Assembly: GCA_905233765.1 (NCBI GenBank)
Contig: CAJOCU010000005.1
Span: 31,811 to 95,810 of the forward strand
From: an uncultured Bacteroidaceae bacterium
GTDB lineage: Bacteria; Bacteroidota; Bacteroidia; Bacteroidales; Bacteroidaceae
Length of the DNA: 64,000 nucleotides
Direction of reading: 5' to 3'
The position numbers and the translations under genes are program-made. A model generated the notes under the pieces. It saw nothing but the letters and a program-made list of their open reading frames with translations. It was not told where the DNA came from and did not search any database. Positions 35,413 through 43,743 of the stretch are shown here, piece after piece (the stretch's first letter is position 1; each line of letters opens with the position of its first letter).

Positions 35413-37257
35413 CTATGATTGTCTCGTGGGTGCTATGACAAGCATGAATCCGCCTCTTGGCTGGCAGCTGATCTGAGTGGGCAGTTGCGTGATGTCCGTA
35501 ATCTGCCATTGGCCAGTACTGTCATCCGCAAAGAGGGTTCTCGTGAGATCGTTCCCTTTGATGAAATCAAGTTGTACAGATAGGGCCTTTGGTTCATCGG
35601 AGCCATTGATGCCTGCCACAAACCAGGTGGTGCCACTGCGGCGCGCCAGCACAGCACTCTCTCCAGGATAGCCACTGATGAAACGGGTCTCTTCCCATGC
35701 AGCGGGTAGCTGTGCAAAGAATGCCTTCACCTGCTGTGGCTGAGCCAGCAGGCTCTCCGGACGGTCGGCAATATGTTGCAGTCCGCTCTCGAAAAGCACG
35801 GTGAGTGCTAACTCGTGGGCCTTTGAGGTGATGTGCGGGTGCTGTGAGTCGCTGAAGGCACACGGCGTATAGTCCATGGATCCGATGACGTTGCGGGTGA
35901 AGGGTAGTGTGGCATTGTGGCTGGCCGCCATTGCTGTGAAATGAGGTACGTTGTTGTACCACTCAGCGCCATAGACACCTTCGGTGGAGAGCAGGTTGGG
36001 GTAGGTCCGCTGCCATCCACGGGGGATAGTGGCACCATGGAAGTTCACTAGCAGATGGTGGCGTGCGGCGCTCTCCAGAAGATCCAGACAGTAGTCCATA
36101 TTCATCTGGTTGTCACCATTGAAAAAATCAATCTTCACGCCAGCCACACCTATCTTCTCGCACCAGTCAAACTCCTTCTCGCGGTCTTCACTTTTGTTTA
36201 ATCGGAATTTGGGACCAGGGGCTCCGTTGATCCATCCAACGGATGAATTGTACCATATCAGCGGTTTCACACCTTGTGCGAGGGCGTAGGCTACGGCGTC
36301 CTCAATGGTCATTCCTTGGTTCGAGATAATCTTGTCCATCTCATCCCATTCGGCGTCAATAAGCACGTAAGGCAGCTTCAACATGACAGCAAGATCGACA
36401 TACTTCTTAATGATATTAAAGTCGTTGGAACCATGGTTGTAGGCCCAGTAAATCCAGGACACCACTCCCGGCTTGATCCAACTAGAGCCCTTCAGTTTCG
36501 ATGGTTCGCTGACATCCGTTACGAGCGTCGATTCAACAATGTCGGCCAAGTGTCCGATGATAACTACGCGCCAAGGCGTGTGCCATCTGCCTGTGAGCCG
36601 CAGATCGTTCTGGTCTTGTTTTACACAGAAGTACGATCCTTTATTGAACAGGCTCGAAGCACTCTGTTGCCGCTCGATGTTTGCCTCTGTGATGAGTGCA
36701 AACACGCCTTCAGAGGGTTCCATCAGCAGGGGGTATCCCCAATGTGTGTTGATGGTCTCCAAGGCATGAGAACTTCCTAATCCTCCCAAGGTCTTTACAT
36801 TGCAGGTGGTCGTCATGGGGAAGAATCCTTCGTAGCCGTCGCTCCACTGCAGCATCCATCGTTTGGTTCCCTCGGGGATGACGTAGGTTGTTTGTTCCTC
36901 GGGCACGGGGCTGTCTTGCAAGCCTGTATATTCATAGCGAAAGGCGATGCCGTCGTTGTAAAGACGCATCACGATTTTGGCATTGGGACTGATGGATGCT
37001 TGATACTCGTTGGCTTCATTGGCACAATGGAGACGCTTGCCAGCGGTCATCTGGTACTCGTCGTTCACTTTTTTGACGAAAGTCAGTTTGCCGAACGGCA
37101 CGTCGGCTAACTCCAGCGCCTTGACATTGTTGTAATAGACAACGAAATCCTTGTTATACGTCTTTGCCGATATGCTACCATTAGGTGAGGTAACCCTCTG
37201 GGCGTTCAAAGCTTGCGCTACACCACAAATAATGATTGTAAAAATAAGAGCCTTCAT
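35413..37257 (-). CDS. glycoside hydrolase family 97-like protein (secreted)
   Basis: Has a signal peptide. VKIDFFNGDNQMNMDYCLDLLESAARHHLLVNFHGATIPRGWQRTYPNLLSTEGVYGAEW resembles the GH97 catalytic region. Confidence 0.7.
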   Translation of the reverse strand: MKALIFTIIICGVAQALNAQRVTSPNGSISAKTYNKDFVVYYNNVKALELADVPFGKLTFVKKVNDEYQMTAGKRLHCANEANEYQASISPNAKIVMRLYNDGIAFRYEYTGLQDSPVPEEQTTYVIPEGTKRWMLQWSDGYEGFFPMTTTCNVKTLGGLGSSHALETINTHWGYPLLMEPSEGVFALITEANIERQQSASSLFNKGSYFCVKQDQNDLRLTGRWHTPWRVVIIGHLADIVESTLVTDVSEPSKLKGSSWIKPGVVSWIYWAYNHGSNDFNIIKKYVDLAVMLKLPYVLIDAEWDEMDKIISNQGMTIEDAVAYALAQGVKPLIWYNSSVGWINGAPGPKFRLNKSEDREKEFDWCEKIGVAGVKIDFFNGDNQMNMDYCLDLLESAARHHLLVNFHGATIPRGWQRTYPNLLSTEGVYGAEWYNNVPHFTAMAASHNATLPFTRNVIGSMDYTPCAFSDSQHPHITSKAHELALTVLFESGLQHIADRPESLLAQPQQVKAFFAQLPAAWEETRFISGYPGESAVLARRSGTTWFVAGINGSDEPKALSVQLDFIKGNDLTRTLFADDSTGQWQITDITQLPTQISCQPRGGFMLVIAPTRQS

Positions 37258-37268
37258 AGATTAATTGA

Positions 37269-38834
37269 TTAATTCCCCCAAGTCTCGCGGTCGAGGTTGC
37301 GGTAGCCCACGGCTTCTGCCAGGTGGTGGGTCTGAATCGTGGCAACGCCCTCGAGGTCGGCAATCGTGCGAGCCACCTTCAAAATGCGGTCGTATGCGCG
37401 GGCGCTGAGTTGTAGCCGATTGATTACGTCGCGCAGCATGGTCATATCCTCTGGTGCAGGGGTGGCATACTGGCGCATCAGCGCCGGTGTCATCTGGGCG
37501 TTACAGTGGATGCGGTCTTTCCCAGTGAGACTACTGAAACGCTCTTCTTGGATCTTCCTCGCTGCAATCACTCGCTCGCGGATGGTGGCCGACGGCTCAC
37601 CAGGTTGTGTACGACTGAGCTCGTTGAAGCTGAGCGGCGTAATTTCAATCTGTATGTCGATGCGGTCGAGTAGGGGACCGCTGATCTTGTTCATGTACTT
37701 GTGAATCTGCCCAGGCGTACACTGGCATGGCTTCGAGGGATGATTGTAGTAGCCGCAGGGACACGGGTTCATGGATGCCACGAACATGAAGTTACAGGGG
37801 TACTCAATGCTGTATTTGGCACGTGTGACGGTAATCTTGCGGTCTTCAAGGGGCTGGCGCAGCACTTCTAGGGTGGCGCGTTGGAACTCTGGCAGCTCGT
37901 CAAGGAATAGGACACCGTTATGGGCCAGGGAAATCTCGCCAGGCATGGGGTTTGCGCCGCCTCCAACGAGGGCTACTTGCGAGACTGTGTGATGGGGTGA
38001 GCGGAAGGGACGCTCGGTGATCAGTCCCGTGCCACCCTTGAGTTGTCCGGCTACGCTGTGGATTTGTGTTGTCTCCAAACTCTCGGCCAGTGAGAGAGGG
38101 GGCAGGATGCTGGGCAATCGGCGTGCCATCATGCTTTTGCCTGCACCCGGAGGCCCTACCATGATGAGGTTGTGCCCACCAGCCGCTGCAATCTCAAAGG
38201 CCCGCTTGACATTATCCTGACCTTTGACATCGGCAAAATCCAGACTGAACTCGCCCTGGTGAGCATAGAATTCGGCGCGTGTGTCTATCAGTGTGGGTGC
38301 CAAGGCTTCGGCCTGTCCCGAGAAGAAAAGGGCCACTTGCTGGATATTGTCCGCGCCGAAGACCTTCAAGCGGTTCACGACGGCAGCCTCGTGTACGTTC
38401 TGCTGTGGCACGATGAGGCCCTCATATCCCAACTCACGTGCCTTGATGGCTATGGGCAGTGCGCCACGGATGGGTTGCAAGCTTCCGTCGAGGCTCAGTT
38501 CTCCCAATAACATGAACCGCTCTGCGTAGGTCGTGGGCACGAGACCATTGGCCATGAGGATGCCCAGGGCGATGGGGAGGTCGAAGCCTGGGCCTTCTTT
38601 GCGGATATCGCCAGGTGCCAGGTTGACGGTAATCTGCTCGGGCGGCACGAGGAAACCGCTGTTGGTGAGTGCCGCCTCAATGCGGCTGAAACTCTCTTTC
38701 ACGCTACTGTCGGGAAGACCCACGACAATCTTACGCACACTACTCTCGCTCTGCACGGGGACTGTATTTACTTCAATCGTAACGGGGATGGCAGCGATGC
38801 CATCGACAGTGGCGCTATATGTTTTTGCTAGCAT
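37269..38834 (-). CDS. comM: YifB/ComM family Mg-chelatase-like ATPase
   Basis: 521 aa. It has an N-terminal Lon-like region, the Walker A motif GPPGAGKS, FLDELPEF, and a C-terminal ChlI-like tail. Confidence 0.9.
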   Translation of the reverse strand: MLAKTYSATVDGIAAIPVTIEVNTVPVQSESSVRKIVVGLPDSSVKESFSRIEAALTNSGFLVPPEQITVNLAPGDIRKEGPGFDLPIALGILMANGLVPTTYAERFMLLGELSLDGSLQPIRGALPIAIKARELGYEGLIVPQQNVHEAAVVNRLKVFGADNIQQVALFFSGQAEALAPTLIDTRAEFYAHQGEFSLDFADVKGQDNVKRAFEIAAAGGHNLIMVGPPGAGKSMMARRLPSILPPLSLAESLETTQIHSVAGQLKGGTGLITERPFRSPHHTVSQVALVGGGANPMPGEISLAHNGVLFLDELPEFQRATLEVLRQPLEDRKITVTRAKYSIEYPCNFMFVASMNPCPCGYYNHPSKPCQCTPGQIHKYMNKISGPLLDRIDIQIEITPLSFNELSRTQPGEPSATIRERVIAARKIQEERFSSLTGKDRIHCNAQMTPALMRQYATPAPEDMTMLRDVINRLQLSARAYDRILKVARTIADLEGVATIQTHHLAEAVGYRNLDRETWGN

Positions 38835-38854
38835 TTTTTTCGTTTTGATGGGGA

Positions 38855-38862
38855 CAAAGATA
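38855..38862 (-). promoter_or_regulatory. Bacteroidetes -7 promoter box (TATCTTTG) for comM
   Basis: The reverse complement of caaagata, 21 nt upstream of the ATG at 38834. Confidence 0.45.
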
Positions 38863-38959
38863 TATAAAAAATGAAAGGGGGGAGGTATGCAGGCAGACGA
38901 AAATGACTGTTTGATGAAAGTTTTTTTGTGAAAAGTGATGCAAGTAACGGATTTCTTTG

Positions 38960-38967
38960 TATTTTTG
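38960..38967 (+). promoter_or_regulatory. Bacteroidetes -7 promoter box (TATTTTTG) for the nucleotidyltransferase gene
   Basis: Matches TAnnTTTG, 44 nt upstream of the ATG at 39011. Confidence 0.45.
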
Positions 38968-39010
38968 CACGCAGAACCCTAAGTACCTAACTCAAAAAAC
39001 TTTTTATCAC

Positions 39011-39922
39011 ATGAAACCAACCCTCTTTCTTCTCGCTGCCGGCATGGGCAGCCGTTATGGTGGCTTAAAGCAGCTAGATGCGCTCGGCCCCAATGGTGAG
39101 ACCATCATGGATTACTCCATCTACGATGCCATTCAGGCAGGTTTCGGCAAAATCGTGTGGGTCATCCGTCGTGACTTCGAAGATCAATTCCGCAACCAGA
39201 TCCTGAAGAAATACGAAGGCCACGTGCCCTGTGAACTCTGCTTCCAGGCTCTCGACGACCTGCCCGCAGGCTTCAAGGTTCCCGAAGGCCGCGTCAAGCC
39301 CTGGGGCACCAACCACGCCGTGCTGATGGGTAAGGACGTCATCAAGGAGCCCTTCTGCGTCATCAACTGCGACGACTTCTATAACCGCGACGCTTTCATG
39401 GCAATCGGCAAGTTCCTGGCCGACCTCCCCGAAGGCAGCAAGGGCAAGTATGCGATGGTCGGTTTCCGTGTGGGCAACACCCTCTCCGAGAACGGTAGCG
39501 TCGCACGTGGTGTGTGCAGCACCGATGCCAATGGCAACCTCAAGGACATCGTCGAGCGCACAGAGATTGAAACCATCGATGGCGAAATCTGCTACAAGGA
39601 TGGTGACAAGTGGGTGCCCGTGGGTGGCGAGAATGTCCCTGTGAGCATGAACATGTGGGGTTTCACGCCCGACTACTTCGCTTATAGTGAGGAGTACTTC
39701 AAAGAGTTCCTCTCCGATCCGAAGAACATGACCAATCTGAAGGCTGAGTTCTTCATCCCCCTCATGGTCGATAAGCTCATCAACGATGGCACCGCCACCT
39801 GCAAGGTTCTCGACACCACTTCCAAGTGGTTCGGCGTCACCTATGCCGCCGACCGTCCCGGCACCGTGGAACGCATCAAAGCCCTTGTGGATGCTGGTGT
39901 CTATCCCTCACCCCTGTTCTAA
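39011..39922 (+). CDS. sugar-phosphate nucleotidyltransferase family protein
   Basis: LLAAGMGSRYGGLKQLD is the nucleotidyltransferase G-rich loop. The start is set at MKPTLF, downstream of the promoter box. Confidence 0.7.
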   Translation: MKPTLFLLAAGMGSRYGGLKQLDALGPNGETIMDYSIYDAIQAGFGKIVWVIRRDFEDQFRNQILKKYEGHVPCELCFQALDDLPAGFKVPEGRVKPWGTNHAVLMGKDVIKEPFCVINCDDFYNRDAFMAIGKFLADLPEGSKGKYAMVGFRVGNTLSENGSVARGVCSTDANGNLKDIVERTEIETIDGEICYKDGDKWVPVGGENVPVSMNMWGFTPDYFAYSEEYFKEFLSDPKNMTNLKAEFFIPLMVDKLINDGTATCKVLDTTSKWFGVTYAADRPGTVERIKALVDAGVYPSPLF

Positions 39923-39997
39923 AAGAATCGCCTAAGCACATTCTTTTTTCCTGAAAAATTTTGGCGGTAAGGAAAAAACATCTTACCTTTGCCGCCA

Positions 39998-40065
39998 GAA
40001 ACGATAACGCAACAATCTAGCCGGCCACGCCATGTGGCACTCGACGGGATTGTTGCGTCTTTTTG
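39998..40065 (+). ncRNA. candidate small RNA or 5-prime leader attenuator (promoter box plus stem-loop plus U-tract)
   Basis: The TACCTTTG box is at 39984-39991. The 11 bp stem acgcaacaatc (40007-40017) / gattgttgcgt (40049-40059) encloses the inner hairpin gccac-gccat-gtggc and is followed by cttttt. Confidence 0.3.
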
Positions 40066-40159
40066 TCATGACGATAACGTCGGGGTTAACTGCTCACAAT
40101 GAGCCACCTATGTGGTGACAAGTTGTAGCAACGTCGTTCTTTTAAATACTGTTATCGTT

Positions 40160-40642
40160 ATGCTGAAAAGAAAAAACTTCAGTCGTCCCAAAGTGAATTG
40201 TTTCTGTCGTTGTACCCCACAAAGTGGCATTCTAGCCCTCTATCCACCCATGATCGAATGCTCGATGGAAGCGGCGATGGAGCAAATTGTATCCACCCGC
40301 AGTACGGGAGTCATCGCGGCCACGGCCCTACGCGTAGGACAGATGCTCGAGAACACAGGTCACGTTATGAAGGCGCTTACCGTCTATCACACTGCTATCA
40401 GTCGCATCGAGCGTATCGATAGCTTTCGGGCCGAGGACTACTATGAGAACGGGCCGTCGCCTGCCAATCCCTACTATCGCTACTGGTACGAGCGCACGAA
40501 TGATGCCGACGTCTTGGAAGTGGCCGAACGCCTCGACAGACTCTACCATCAGCTCGGCCTCCACGGCTACGCCCATCAACAACGTCGTGTTCGTTGGGGC
40601 TACGAGCTCTCCTTCCGCGGCGTCTATTCCGCCTGCATGTAA
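40160..40642 (+). CDS. hypothetical protein
   Basis: From ORF 40112..40642 (GTG start in the track). The first ATG gives MLKRKNFSRPK. No family recognised and the start is uncertain. Confidence 0.4.
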   Translation: MLKRKNFSRPKVNCFCRCTPQSGILALYPPMIECSMEAAMEQIVSTRSTGVIAATALRVGQMLENTGHVMKALTVYHTAISRIERIDSFRAEDYYENGPSPANPYYRYWYERTNDADVLEVAERLDRLYHQLGLHGYAHQQRRVRWGYELSFRGVYSACM

Positions 40643-40691
40643 TCAGCTGAAAGGCTGATGACACTGATACTAGATTGAGCGTCAGTCCATA

Positions 40692-41471
40692 CTATTCCAC
40701 AAGCTCGAAATGCTGATAGTCCTTGCGAGTGGTCCAGTCGCCGCCCCACTCGAAGCCGGCCTCGGTGAAGAGCTTGACGCAGAGGTCGTCGTGGGTGATT
40801 TTGTAGGGGAATTCCCGTGAACGGTCGCAGTAGGGCTCGCCGGTGGCTGGCTTTATGAGGAGCGTACCGTTGGCTAGGGTCTTGATGTAGGGGTTATAGA
40901 GCGTGTTGATATCGACGGCCAGTCCACGGGCATGCTTCGACAGTATGTTGGTGGCAGCGATTTTGCGGTAGCAGAAGCACGACGAGTTGTTGTCGCGCAT
41001 CTGCGTCTCGTCGTCGGCATCATAGACATCTGGCAGCAGCATACGCTGGATGGGGTATTTCGCATCGAACAGCTGGCGTAGAATGGTGACCAGGCGGTCG
41101 GCAATCACTTTATTGCACACCATCTCGCCTACGTGCATCTGGTTGTCGTAATCCCAGTGCAATGCCCGCACATGGCGCAGGTCATCGCGCCCGATGTAGG
41201 GATTCTTCTTGTATGTCTTTCCCTGCATCCGCGCCCACACACCATCGGGTATCGGCTCGGCGGCGAAACACTTGTCAATGCCGCCGAAGGCCTCGACATC
41301 TGCTTGACCCACCGTGCGCCCAGCCTGCCACTCGGTCAGTTGGCGTGTGTCGATGGGGAAGGAGAAGTCGGTCTTTATTACGCCGTCGCCCTTGCTGTAC
41401 GATGTCAGCACCGTTGTGCCGCTTATTACGAGGATGGCGGCGAGCATCCATAATTTTACAGGTTTTATCAT
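40692..41471 (-). CDS. M15 family metallopeptidase (D-Ala-D-Ala dipeptidase/carboxypeptidase-like)
   Basis: Contains SKHARGLAVDI and FEWGGDWTTRKDYQHFE. The start is set at the signal-anchor MIKPVKLWMLAAILV. Confidence 0.7.
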   Translation of the reverse strand: MIKPVKLWMLAAILVISGTTVLTSYSKGDGVIKTDFSFPIDTRQLTEWQAGRTVGQADVEAFGGIDKCFAAEPIPDGVWARMQGKTYKKNPYIGRDDLRHVRALHWDYDNQMHVGEMVCNKVIADRLVTILRQLFDAKYPIQRMLLPDVYDADDETQMRDNNSSCFCYRKIAATNILSKHARGLAVDINTLYNPYIKTLANGTLLIKPATGEPYCDRSREFPYKITHDDLCVKLFTEAGFEWGGDWTTRKDYQHFELVE

Positions 41472-41652
41472 CTCAGAGATTTCTTTTGTTTCTGCCAGCA
41501 GTCTGCGATAGTGCACTCACCGATATCAGCGCTGGCGCCATCGGAAGCAGGATTAGGCCACAAATATACGACTTCTCTCGGTAATTCACCCAAAGAAGTC
41601 GTACTTATTTCACTTCCAGACTCAAAATGAGCCGCAAATAAGTGTCCGTGCA

Positions 41653-41694
41653 AAAAGAACTTTTGCGTAAAACCCTACGAACCCTCCGGTGGAA
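41653..41694. repeat. ~42 nt conserved intergenic motif, copy 1
   Basis: aaaagaacttttgcgtaaaaccctacgaaccctccggtggaa. About 85 percent identical to 47425-47467. Confidence 0.55.
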
Positions 41695-41701
41695 TAGGCG
41701 T

Positions 41702-42103
41702 TTATAACGACTCCAAACGAACTCGCATCTGTAGGATGTCCTGGACATTGCTGATGATGCTGATTAGACCAAAAGACATCAGTAATGAGAGGGCTGTGGC
41801 TGTTAGGAGACGGGAATTCTCTGCCAGACAGAGCAGGAAGCCTGTTTGAACTTGGAAGGTGAAAAGGGGCACATCGGCAGGTGTTGAAAGCACGTATACA
41901 ATAGACACTGCGCCACTGACGATGCCCACTACGAAGGCTGCCACCATCAGCATCTTGTAGCGACGGATGGTTGCTTCCTGATGCTGCTTGATGAACTCTA
42001 CAGCATCAAGACGCTTGGTAAGCGCTGCCATAAAGTCGGCATTGTCCGAGAACTGCGGTTTCTGAGCGAGGAAGAGTTCCTCAAGGGCTTTATCTTTTTC
42101 CAT
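41702..42103 (-). CDS. small membrane protein downstream of an ECF sigma factor (anti-sigma-like)
   Basis: MEKDKALEELFLAQKPQFSDNADFMAAL followed by two TM segments. It lies 3 nt downstream of the sigma gene. Confidence 0.5.
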   Translation of the reverse strand: MEKDKALEELFLAQKPQFSDNADFMAALTKRLDAVEFIKQHQEATIRRYKMLMVAAFVVGIVSGAVSIVYVLSTPADVPLFTFQVQTGFLLCLAENSRLLTATALSLLMSFGLISIISNVQDILQMRVRLESL

Positions 42104-42124
42104 ATCCAATTCAAGTCTCAAGTT

Positions 42125-42619
42125 TTAAGATTCAATTTTCAATTGCTCTCTGAGTCTGTCGCGTCCTCGTGAGAGTTGCTTCTTGACGGCATCTTCCGAG
42201 GCATCAGTGATCTTGGCTATCTCCTTGATGTTATAGCCATTGAGGTAGAAAAGCGTGATAGCTGATCGTTCCTTGGGCGGCAGGGCGCGCAGGGCCAGAT
42301 AGAGGTCTTGGTGCTCGAAAGTGGAAGACCCCTCTTCGTCTCTCCCGAGGGGGAGGGATTGAATCCGTGGGTCATCGATGCTCTCCATCGTCCGTTGGCC
42401 TGCCCGATGATTTAGGAAAGTGTTGTGAGCAATCTTGAAGAGCCACGAACGGAAGCGTCCTTTGTCCTGATAGCCAGCCGACGAGAGATAAGCCTTCACC
42501 AGCGCGTCTTGCGCCAGGTCGTCGGCATCGCTTTGGTTGCCGCAGCAGAGGGCGAGCAAGAAGCCTCTCAGTGCCTCCTGCTCACGCTCCACATGTGCTA
42601 TGAATTCTTCGCGAGTCAC
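42125..42619 (-). CDS. ECF (sigma-70 family group 4) RNA polymerase sigma factor
   Basis: Region 2 reads DADDLAQDALVKAY...FRSWLFKIAHN. Region 4 reads ALPPKERSAITLFYLNGYNIKEIAKITDASEDAVKKQLSRGR. GTG start. A GC-rich repeat unit sits in the region 2-4 linker. Confidence 0.85.
   Translation of the reverse strand: MTREEFIAHVEREQEALRGFLLALCCGNQSDADDLAQDALVKAYLSSAGYQDKGRFRSWLFKIAHNTFLNHRAGQRTMESIDDPRIQSLPLGRDEEGSSTFEHQDLYLALRALPPKERSAITLFYLNGYNIKEIAKITDASEDAVKKQLSRGRDRLREQLKIES
42324..42360. repeat. GC-rich palindromic unit, in-frame in the ECF sigma region 2-4 linker (encodes SLPLGRDEEGSS)
   Basis: gaagacccctcttcgtctctcccgagggggagggatt. It shares the gaagaccc terminus and the arm-loop-arm layout with 43400 and 43578. 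Confidence 0.65.
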
Positions 42620-42622
42620 GGG

Positions 42623-43084
42623 TTATGCCTGCTCCGACTGTTTCGCTTGTTCAGCCTCTATCTCCTTGGCCAACAACATCTTTCCTACAAAGTAATTGAC
42701 AAGGAAGGCGATGCCGATAGCCAATAGCGGGAAGCCTATTAAACTGCACATTATAAGCATTTCAGTAGGTGCTCCGCCTACTATACCTGCACAAGCACAG
42801 AATGCTAAAATACTAAGCCCTAAGAAACCCATGAGACATCCCCACAGCAGTTTCGTGAGCAGTTTTTCCTTCAGCAGTTTCTTCTGGGGAGCCATTTTCT
42901 TGAGTAAATCCTCAATGTCTGTCTCTGCATTTTTCTCAATGGCAGCCAGCACAATCTGTGTGCGTTGGCTTGTCTCGTTGATTTTCTTGCGATTATCTAG
43001 CCATACGATTAAGATGGGAAGCCCAATACCACAAATGATAGCAATGATCTTAACGATCGACTCCATTAAAACAACGTAATTCAT
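42623..43084 (-). CDS. small multi-TM membrane protein
   Basis: 153 aa. It has an N-terminal TM, a charged helix, then two or three further TM segments, and sits between the two ECF modules. Confidence 0.55.
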   Translation of the reverse strand: MNYVVLMESIVKIIAIICGIGLPILIVWLDNRKKINETSQRTQIVLAAIEKNAETDIEDLLKKMAPQKKLLKEKLLTKLLWGCLMGFLGLSILAFCACAGIVGGAPTEMLIMCSLIGFPLLAIGIAFLVNYFVGKMLLAKEIEAEQAKQSEQA

Positions 43085-43248
43085 AGTTTTGTTTATTTAT
43101 TGGTTTATACTTTTGTTTTCTTGACCTGGTCACTAATATAACAAGTCAGAAAGACAAAAGGTGACATTCCAATCGTATTTTCTTTCTCAAAAGCATCTGC
43201 AAAGATAGAACTTTATTGTAAAGTAGCTGAGCAATATTAACTGGCGCG

Positions 43249-43719
43249 TCAGTTGCCGGCCAGCAAATCATAGCGTATCTCATCGCAGAGCATGGAGCAG
43301 CCAGGGGAGGGGGCCGGTTCGGCCTGTGCGGTTTGTAGTTGCGATGTGGGGACTGGAACTCGGACGATGCGGGTCTCGTAAATGGTGTCGTGGATGACTG
43401 AAGACCCACCCTCCTGTCCCTCCCGTGAAGGGAGGGATGTCTCGCTACGCTCAATAGCTGCGCGCAGCATCTCCCCTCCATCACGGGAGGGGTCGGAGGT
43501 GGGGCTTCCTATTCCCTTTCCCACAAAGAATCCTACCACCAGTGCAGCTGCGACAGCGCCCCACCATAGCGGAGTGGGAAAAGACCCTCTCCCCGCTCCC
43601 CCGTGAGGGGGGAGAACCTTGCTTCGCTCGAAGGGGCTGGGCGCCACGTTGAGTTGTTCGTTTTGCTCGTCGCGAAGGTCGCGGGCGGCGGAGATGATAT
43701 CAGAATCTTGAAGCTTCAT
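43249..43719 (-). CDS. single-pass membrane protein downstream of an ECF sigma factor (anti-sigma-like), about one quarter of it made of repeat units
   Basis: 156 aa with the TM segment LWWGAVAAALVVGFFVG. It carries three GC-rich units. Confidence 0.5.
   Translation of the reverse strand: MKLQDSDIISAARDLRDEQNEQLNVAPSPFERSKVLPPHGGAGRGSFPTPLWWGAVAAALVVGFFVGKGIGSPTSDPSRDGGEMLRAAIERSETSLPSREGQEGGSSVIHDTIYETRIVRVPVPTSQLQTAQAEPAPSPGCSMLCDEIRYDLLAGN
43400..43508. repeat. ~109 bp MITE-like composite: two GC-rich units in inverted orientation (~40 bp TIRs) flanking a 31 bp core, in-frame
   Basis: The left end is gaagacccaccctcctgtccctcccgtgaagggagggatg. The reverse complement of the right end is gaagccccacctccgacccctcccgtgatggaggggagatg. 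The two are clearly alignable along their whole length. Confidence 0.7.
43578..43617. repeat. GC-rich palindromic unit, in-frame (encodes VLPPHGGAGRGSF)
   Basis: gaaaagaccctctccccgctcccccgtgaggggggagaac. Nearly identical to the reverse complement of 50687-50720 (cctctccccgctcccccataagggggaggg). Confidence 0.7.
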
Positions 43720-43743
43720 AATCTGTAATTCAAAAATAAAACG

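Noticed and set aside
39961-39997. Hairpin ggcggtaag...cttacc...gccgcc as the terminator of the nucleotidyltransferase gene
   Set aside because: The stem is interrupted by a bulge, no T-tract follows it, and it overlaps a good promoter box. I kept it only as context for the candidate small RNA.
43400-43617. CRISPR array as an explanation for the recurring GC-rich palindromes
   Set aside because: The units are not regularly spaced and differ in orientation. They are scattered over 47 kb inside ORFs, and there are no cas genes or leader.
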